Positions 31,198 through 35,813 of a stretch of 35,813 nucleotides of DNA are shown in pieces; the stretch's first letter is position 1, and every line of letters starts with the position of its first letter. The translations under genes and the position numbers were made by a program. The stretch is from a virus. The stretch is from positions 1 to 35,813 of IMG/VR virus record IMGVR_UViG_2799112432_000001; one strand, given 5' to 3'. The notes under the pieces were generated by a model. That model was not told the origin of the DNA. It ran no database searches and saw only the letters and a program-made list of their open reading frames with translations.

Positions 31198-32088
31198 ATG
31201 AAATATTACACAATTAACGAGGAAGCGGCGGCAAACGCAAAAGCGATGTATTCATTTTTTGAGTACAAGCACGGTACAAAAACAGCGGAATATAAATCGA
31301 AAGTGGATGAAGCGTATAGTTACGCCGAGTCACTGCCGGAAGAAGTAAAAGAAATAGGGCTTTATATGGCTGACAGGTATGCACAAAGGCTTGCAGACTG
31401 GTACAACAAGCAGTTTTCAATCGATATGCGTTGCCCGTCGATTATGATTGCAGGCGGCTCAAATTTTCCAGTTCGAAAGAAAGAAAAACAGGTTGCCGCA
31501 TTAGACAAGCATTACGCCCTTTACGGCGAGCTGCAAGATTACAAAGAAAAAATCAAAAAGCTTGCAAGTTCTTCAAACATAATCAAGTCAAGCGATTCAG
31601 ACGCGATTGATAAGCTCAAAGCGAAGATTGAGAAAGCCGAAAAACTGCAAGCGACAATGAAGGCGGTAAACGCCTATTTCAGAAAGCACGGCACTTTGAA
31701 GGGCTACGGCGACGGAGAATATGACAACGTCACTATTGATAACATGTATGGTGTACCGTTCCCCTCTTATTGTTTATCCAACAACAATGCAAAGATTAGA
31801 ACTGCGAAACAGAGAATAAAAGAGCTTGAAGAAGCGAAAGACTTTGCACATGGGGAGGATATCGAAACAGGGATAGAGGGGCTAAAAGTCGTTGAAAATA
31901 CCGAAGCAATGCGCATTCAGCTCATTTTTGACGATAAACCCTCGGCAGATGTCAGGGATGTGTTGAAAGGCTACGGGTTTCGCTGGTCACCGAGATATTC
32001 TGCGTGGCAAAGGCATTTAAACTCAAACGGCAAATATGCTGTGAAGAAGGTGCTTGAAATTCTTAAAGATACAGCAAAGGAGGGCTGA
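31198..32088 (+). CDS. DUF3560-like protein
   Basis: SIMIAGGSNFPVRKKEKQ, IDKLKAKIEKAEKLQATMKAVNAYFRKHG and the C-terminal MRIQLIFDDKPSADVRDVLKGYGFRWSPRYSAWQRHL resemble the DUF3560 family found on phages and conjugative elements (from memory). Confidence 0.5.
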   Translation: MKYYTINEEAAANAKAMYSFFEYKHGTKTAEYKSKVDEAYSYAESLPEEVKEIGLYMADRYAQRLADWYNKQFSIDMRCPSIMIAGGSNFPVRKKEKQVAALDKHYALYGELQDYKEKIKKLASSSNIIKSSDSDAIDKLKAKIEKAEKLQATMKAVNAYFRKHGTLKGYGDGEYDNVTIDNMYGVPFPSYCLSNNNAKIRTAKQRIKELEEAKDFAHGEDIETGIEGLKVVENTEAMRIQLIFDDKPSADVRDVLKGYGFRWSPRYSAWQRHLNSNGKYAVKKVLEILKDTAKEG

Positions 32089-32092
32089 TAAA

Positions 32093-32275
32093 TTGGATAT
32101 AAAAAAATTAAGAGTTATGTGTGGAATGACACAAGCTGAATTTTCAAAAACAATAGGGGTTCCATTAAGAGCCTTGCGAAGTTGGGAGCAAAGCGGTAAA
32201 AATCACCGTGAATGCAAAGAATGGATTTATAACCTTATCATTTATTATTTGAGCAAAGAAGGATATTTGAAATAA
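32093..32275 (+). CDS. XRE-family HTH transcriptional regulator
   Basis: DIKKLRVMCGMTQAEFSKTIGVPLRALRSWEQ is a classic XRE helix-turn-helix. The start is uncertain (TTG 32093 or ATG 32117). Confidence 0.65.
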   Translation: MDIKKLRVMCGMTQAEFSKTIGVPLRALRSWEQSGKNHRECKEWIYNLIIYYLSKEGYLK

Positions 32276-32280
32276 AAAAA

Positions 32281-32309
32281 CAACCTGCGGTGTAGCAAAC
32301 CGCAGGTTG
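32281..32309. terminator. strong hairpin at the end of early operon 1 (A-tract upstream, no T-tract downstream)
   Basis: caacctgcgg(t)-gtagcaa-(a)ccgcaggttg is a 10-11 bp perfect stem preceded by A7. A second hairpin, acttgttt-aata-aaacaagt, lies at 32325-32344. Confidence 0.55.
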
Positions 32310-32405
32310 TAAAAAGAAAGGAGTACTTGTTTAATAAAACAAGTGGTTGTGTTTATATAGTACCATAGACAAATAAAATTGTCAAGCTAAAAATCAAAAT
32401 AAATA

Positions 32406-32434
32406 TTGACAAATAGTCAAGAATATAATATAAT
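32406..32434 (+). promoter_or_regulatory. consensus sigma-A/sigma-70 promoter (early operon 2)
   Basis: TTGACA (32406-32411), an exact 17-nt spacer, TATAAT (32429-32434). TTGTCAA/TTGACAA inverted repeats flank the -35 region. Confidence 0.75.
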
Positions 32435-32477
32435 TATATATAGGGGGAAACCCTTAAAAAAGAAAGGAGATAACACC

Positions 32478-32864
32478 ATGAAAAAGAAAGTTTTAAAAGA
32501 ACAACAACAGGAAACAAGGGAGATCGTAAAGCAAATATTTACCCTTGCGTTGGCAATCAATCCAAACGACACTAAGCAAGACACAACCGGCAAGAAACCG
32601 ACCGTATTTGTTAAATTTAGCGGTCATGTCGCAGCAGTTGATGTTGATATTTATCTTAACGGTTGGGACAGCGGAGCATGTGACAAAGATGAGCCACTCG
32701 TAATACGCTATACAATCTATCTTGATGAAGAAAATTTTATTGCACGGGTTGACGAATACGAGCCGTACCCCGAAGAAAAAGAGTGCGAACAGTTATCAGA
32801 GGCGAAGGCTGCACTTTCTGAGCTCCAAAAGATAGCCGATAAGTGGGGTGTTGATTATGTGTGA
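32478..32864 (+). CDS. hypothetical acidic protein
   Basis: ATG 32478 follows GAAAGGAGA. The 32406 start in the track lies in the promoter. Confidence 0.55.
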   Translation: MKKKVLKEQQQETREIVKQIFTLALAINPNDTKQDTTGKKPTVFVKFSGHVAAVDVDIYLNGWDSGACDKDEPLVIRYTIYLDEENFIARVDEYEPYPEEKECEQLSEAKAALSELQKIADKWGVDYV

Positions 32865-33063
32865 TGTTTGTCGTTGCACCCCGTGTGTACCCACTTGCCC
32901 GAACGCTGAACCTGATTTGTATTGCGACCAGTGCGGCGAGAAAATAAGAAAAGGCACTACTTATTTTACCGCAATAGCAAGATATTATTATACCCGCAAA
33001 GCGGCATTTTGTTCGAAGGATTGTTTAAAACGACATTACGATATTGAGGAGGAAGAGGCATGA
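32857..33063 (+). CDS. small Cys-rich (zinc-binding-like) protein
   Basis: MCDVCRCTPCVPTCPN...YCDQCGEKI...FCSKDC has several CxxC pairs. Confidence 0.55.
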   Translation: MCDVCRCTPCVPTCPNAEPDLYCDQCGEKIRKGTTYFTAIARYYYTRKAAFCSKDCLKRHYDIEEEEA

Positions 33064-33539
33064 CGTTATATGAAATGACAGAAGCTCAGAAAGAGTTATA
33101 CGAGCTCATGACGAGCGGTGAAATAGACGAAGAGGTTTATGCCGATACTTTAGAGGGTATCGGCATAGCCGATAAAATAGAAGGTTACTGCGTTGTAGAA
33201 AATGAGCTTGCAGGCGATTTACAGAAAATCGAATCCGAAATTGAGCGGCTGACTGAAAAGAAAAAGTCGATTGAAAACAACATCAAAAGGTTAAATCTGC
33301 GGCTCGGCGATTGTTTGTGCTCGATGAACACGACAAAATATAACGCAGGAACGTACACGGTATATCGGCGAGAAACACAACAGGTTGTGATTGACGATTC
33401 GCAAAAAATCCCTGCTGAGTTCTTAAAAACAAGGGTGTCGGAAACGCCTAACAAAACTTTGATAAAAGAGAGCATAAAAGCAGGGAAGGAAATTGCAGGT
33501 GCTCACTTGCAGACGAACCAAAGCATTACAATAAAATGA
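33060..33539 (+). CDS. Siphovirus Gp157-like protein
   Basis: MTLYEMTEAQKELYELM..IDEEVYADTLEGIG..DKIEGYCVV...EIERLTEKKKSIENNIKRL fits the Gp157 (PF05565) layout. It sits upstream of an annealase and SSB. Confidence 0.6.
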   Translation: MTLYEMTEAQKELYELMTSGEIDEEVYADTLEGIGIADKIEGYCVVENELAGDLQKIESEIERLTEKKKSIENNIKRLNLRLGDCLCSMNTTKYNAGTYTVYRRETQQVVIDDSQKIPAEFLKTRVSETPNKTLIKESIKAGKEIAGAHLQTNQSITIK

Positions 33540-33548
33540 GGTGATTAA

Positions 33549-34244
33549 ATGAAATTCAGACCTTTAACGGCAAGTGAAATTGATTGCCGCGTTTCGACGA
33601 TAAACGAAAAAGGGCTCACGCTCCTATTGTATAAGGACGCGCGAGTCGATATGAATATTCTTGATGAAACATTTGGTGTAACAGGGTGGCAGCGCAAGCA
33701 CGAGGTTATCGGCGGCAACCTGTATTGCACGGTGTCGATCTGGGACGCTGAAAAGCAGCAGTGGATATCAAAACAAGATGTAGGAGTCGAGAGTTACACC
33801 GAGAAGGAGAAGGGTCAGGCGAGCGACAGCTTTAAGCGGGCGTGCTTCAATATCGGGATCGGCAGAGAGTTGTACACTGCGCCGTTTATCTGGATTGGGG
33901 CAGATAAATTCAAGCTTACACAGAAGAATAACAAATACACAACTTACGATAAGTTTGTAGTATCTTCAATAGAGATTCAGGACGGTGCCATTACTGATTT
34001 GACGATTGTAAACGAGCGTACAGGCGTTATCGTTTATAAAATGCGCTCGAACGGGCAGAGATTAGCCGAGAACGAGCCAAAAGCAAGAAGCAATGAAATT
34101 ATATGCCTTAACTGCAAAAATCCGATACAGGGCAATATAGGCAAAAACGGCGTAAGTTACAGCCCGAGGGAAATATACAATATGACAAAAGGGCTTTGCA
34201 CCGACTGTTATAAGCAGATTAAGGCACAGAACGGAGGTAAATAA
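33549..34244 (+). CDS. Rad52/Sak-type single-strand annealing protein with a C-terminal zinc ribbon
   Basis: EKEKGQASDSFKRACFNIGIGRELY is the typical Rad52-like SSAP motif. The C-terminus has CLNC...CTDC. Confidence 0.7.
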   Translation: MKFRPLTASEIDCRVSTINEKGLTLLLYKDARVDMNILDETFGVTGWQRKHEVIGGNLYCTVSIWDAEKQQWISKQDVGVESYTEKEKGQASDSFKRACFNIGIGRELYTAPFIWIGADKFKLTQKNNKYTTYDKFVVSSIEIQDGAITDLTIVNERTGVIVYKMRSNGQRLAENEPKARSNEIICLNCKNPIQGNIGKNGVSYSPREIYNMTKGLCTDCYKQIKAQNGGK

Positions 34245-34651
34245 TGACGAATTTATGTGTGTTAAAAGGCAGATTGTGTAAAAATCCAGAGTTATCTACA
34301 ACATCAAGCGGAATGTCGGTGTGCAGAATCAGGCTTGCCGTACCAAGGCGCGATAAACAAAGCGGAACGGATTTTATCACCTGCACGGCTTTTAAAAATC
34401 AAGCTGAATTTTTGAACAAGTATTTCAGCAAAGGGCAAGAAATTCTTATACAAGGCAGCCTGAGAATAAACCAATGGGAAGGTGATGACGGAATAAAAAG
34501 AGAGGGCTGCGAGGTGTTAATCAATAACATTGATTTTTGCGGCGCGAAACAGGAGAATAAACCATCGGAGCAAAGCAAGGAAGTGCAGACGCCACAGCCT
34601 GACCCATGGGCTGAGTTGTCAGGGTTGGCTGATGAAGATTTGCCATTCTGA
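34244..34651 (+). CDS. ssb: single-stranded DNA-binding protein
   Basis: The OB-fold pattern NLCVLKGRLCKNPEL...RIRLAVPR...DFITCTAFKNQAEF...KGQEILIQGSLRINQWE is followed by the acidic tail DEDLPF. Confidence 0.85.
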   Translation: MTNLCVLKGRLCKNPELSTTSSGMSVCRIRLAVPRRDKQSGTDFITCTAFKNQAEFLNKYFSKGQEILIQGSLRINQWEGDDGIKREGCEVLINNIDFCGAKQENKPSEQSKEVQTPQPDPWAELSGLADEDLPF

Positions 34652-34659
34652 GGTGGACT

Positions 34660-35448
34660 ATGATTTTTAGGGTAAACAAAACCAGTGATTATGTTGTAAT
34701 GAGCAATCGGCATTTCCGTGAAAAACAGATGTCGCTCAAGGCAAAAGGGCTTTTATCTGAAATGTTGTCGCTCCCTGATGATTGGGATTACTCAATCGCA
34801 GGGCTTGCGGCTATCAACAAAGAATCAGTTACAAGCATAAAATCAGCATTGGCAGAGTTACAGGATTTTGGCTATCTGATTATAGAAAAATTCTATCCTG
34901 ACAAGTCAAGCTCCGGCAGGATTGAATACGTTTACAACGTGTACGAATATCCCCAAAATCAAGTAGGTGATAATCAACCTATAGAAAAACAAGAGATAGA
35001 AAAACAAGGGGTAGAAAATCAACCTCTTGAAAATCAATCGGTTGAAAATCGCATGCAATATAATAATAAAAAACAAAATATTAATAATAAAAATATTAAT
35101 AAACAAAATATAAAAGATAGAGTCGAAGAGTTCAAACTTCTTTTCAATGTGATTTGTGTTTCATTGCCGGAAGTCAGGTTGCTAACAAAAGTAAGGGTGG
35201 CGCATATCAAAACGCTTTTAACAACATTAGAAAAATCAGGATGTACACCAATTGAATTTTTGAAAAAAATAGAAAATTCTGATTTTTTAACAGGAAGGAG
35301 CGGACAGTGGCGAGCTACATTCGATTGGATAATTCAGCCGTCAAATGCTGTCAAAATCATTGAGGGAAATTATTCAGGCAAGGCTAAAGCAAATAGCTCA
35401 TATGATATTGATGAGCTTGAAAAAATCAATACGTTGGACGATGTTTGA
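34660..35448 (+). CDS. replication initiator / replisome organiser (winged-helix N-terminal, DnaD-like C-terminal domain)
   Basis: The N-terminus MSLKAKGLLSEMLSLPDDWDYSIAGLA...ALAELQDFGYL looks like a wHTH. The C-terminus has FDWIIQPSNAVKIIEGNY. Iterons are embedded centrally. Confidence 0.6.
   Translation: MIFRVNKTSDYVVMSNRHFREKQMSLKAKGLLSEMLSLPDDWDYSIAGLAAINKESVTSIKSALAELQDFGYLIIEKFYPDKSSSGRIEYVYNVYEYPQNQVGDNQPIEKQEIEKQGVENQPLENQSVENRMQYNNKKQNINNKNINKQNIKDRVEEFKLLFNVICVSLPEVRLLTKVRVAHIKTLLTTLEKSGCTPIEFLKKIENSDFLTGRSGQWRATFDWIIQPSNAVKIIEGNYSGKAKANSSYDIDELEKINTLDDV
34981..35055 (+). repeat. five tandem 15-nt iterons (putative origin), followed by an AT-rich tract to about 35125
   Basis: atagaaaaacaagag / atagaaaaacaaggg / gtagaaaatcaacct / cttgaaaatcaatcg / gttgaaaatcgcatg, then aataataaaaaacaaaatattaataataaaaatattaataaac... 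Confidence 0.6.
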
Positions 35449-35542
35449 TAAATGCAGATGAACAAAAATTAAAGTTATAACCGCACCGTTTTGGCGAGGC
35501 GACAAGCCTCGGAATTTCCTTTCTTTCATTTATCACCTTGGC

Positions 35543-35598
35543 AAGCGGCAGTAAACGCGCTGTCGCTTTGCCGAAGCGGTGCGGAGAGAGGAAAGGAG
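35543..35598 (+). repeat. 56-nt intergenic leader repeat, copy B (partner at 1093..1148)
   Basis: 55/56 identical to copy A. Here the 5' arm ggcaagcggcag pairs with ctgtcgctttgcc: 12 pairs including one G.U, plus one bulged T. Confidence 0.9.
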
Positions 35599-35606
35599 AA
35601 CACAAC

Positions 35607-35678
35607 ATGATAGGATTTATTATTGGCGTTTTTGTAGGCGTTATATTTGGCGTTGTTATATTGGAGGAGAAGGAATGA
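35607..35678 (+). CDS. tiny single-pass membrane peptide (23 aa), paralog of 1507..1590
   Basis: MIGFIIGVFVGVIFGVVILEEKE. ATGA overlap with the YopX start. The 5' part is identical at the nucleotide level to the 1489..1530 region. Confidence 0.55.
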   Translation: MIGFIIGVFVGVIFGVVILEEKE

Positions 35679-35813
35679 GAGAAATACTTTTCAGAGGTAA
35701 GCGGATAGACAACTGCGAGTGGGTGCATGGTGATTTGGTTCACGTAGAGAATAAGAGTTATATTTCTTATTACTATGAATCACCATTATCAACCTTTATC
35801 AACGAGCAGATTA
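35675..35813 (+). CDS. YopX family protein, 5' portion (continues at nt 100 of the window)
   Basis: ATG 35675 with a GGAGGAGAAGG RBS. MREILFRGKRIDNCEWVHGDLVHVENKSY... runs into the terminal overlap. Confidence 0.8.
   Translation, partial: MREILFRGKRIDNCEWVHGDLVHVENKSYISYYYESPLSTFINEQI
35715..35813. repeat. 99-nt terminal overlap identical to nt 1..99 (circular closure)
   Basis: Base-by-base comparison of the two window ends shows identity over 99 nt. The overlap falls in the middle of the YopX ORF. Confidence 0.95.

Noticed and set aside
1-35813. Search for tRNA, tmRNA or other structured RNA genes in the larger gaps (1082-1157, 2836-2944, 4606-4678, 10752-10869, 29322-29465, 32276-32477, 35449-35606).
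   Set aside because: No cloverleaf-compatible segments or conserved T-loop (GTTCRA) contexts were seen by eye. The gaps are accounted for by promoters, terminators and the leader repeats. A tRNAscan/Infernal run would be needed to be certain.

Overview
The window is one complete, circularly closed tailed-phage (siphovirus-type) genome. Nt 1-99 are identical to nt 35715-35813, an assembly-style overlap, so the unique length is 35,714 bp and the first ORF (YopX) really starts at 35675. All ~60 credible genes are on the + strand. They use GGAGG-type RBSs and frequent ATGA/TGATG start-stop overlaps, which fits a Firmicutes (probably Clostridia) host. Layout: (1) 1-6406, small early/accessory genes: YopX, Lar-like restriction alleviation, Zn-ribbons, RusA, HTH proteins and a ParB-domain DNA methyltransferase. 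(2) 6416-10751, TerS, TerL, portal, gp7/Mu-F-like and gp10-like genes, followed by a terminator and a consensus promoter. (3) 10870-23791, scaffold, capsid, connectors, major tail, a chaperone pair with a -1 frameshift, tape measure, Dit, Tal, a BppU-like receptor-binding protein, and a second fibre protein with a tyrosine-phosphatase-fold domain. (4) 23799-26166, holin, a small ORF and a GH25+CHAP+PG-binding endolysin. (5) 26207-29321, a six-gene post-lysis cluster of low-complexity, Cys-rich and TNF-like proteins. (6) 29466-35448, two promoter-driven early operons: a 14x27-nt repeat protein, a DUF3560-like protein, an HTH regulator, Gp157-like, a Rad52-like annealase, SSB, and a replisome organiser with embedded iterons. 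I saw no integrase, divergent repressor switch, tRNA, CRISPR array or reverse transcriptase. The best candidates for something new are the PTP-fold domain in the tail module, the post-lysis cluster, the tandem-repeat DUF7666-like protein, the sharply GC-rich fibre/lysis module and small GC island, and the duplicated early-gene cassettes joined at conserved RBS junctions. All function calls come from motif recognition by eye; no database search was run.
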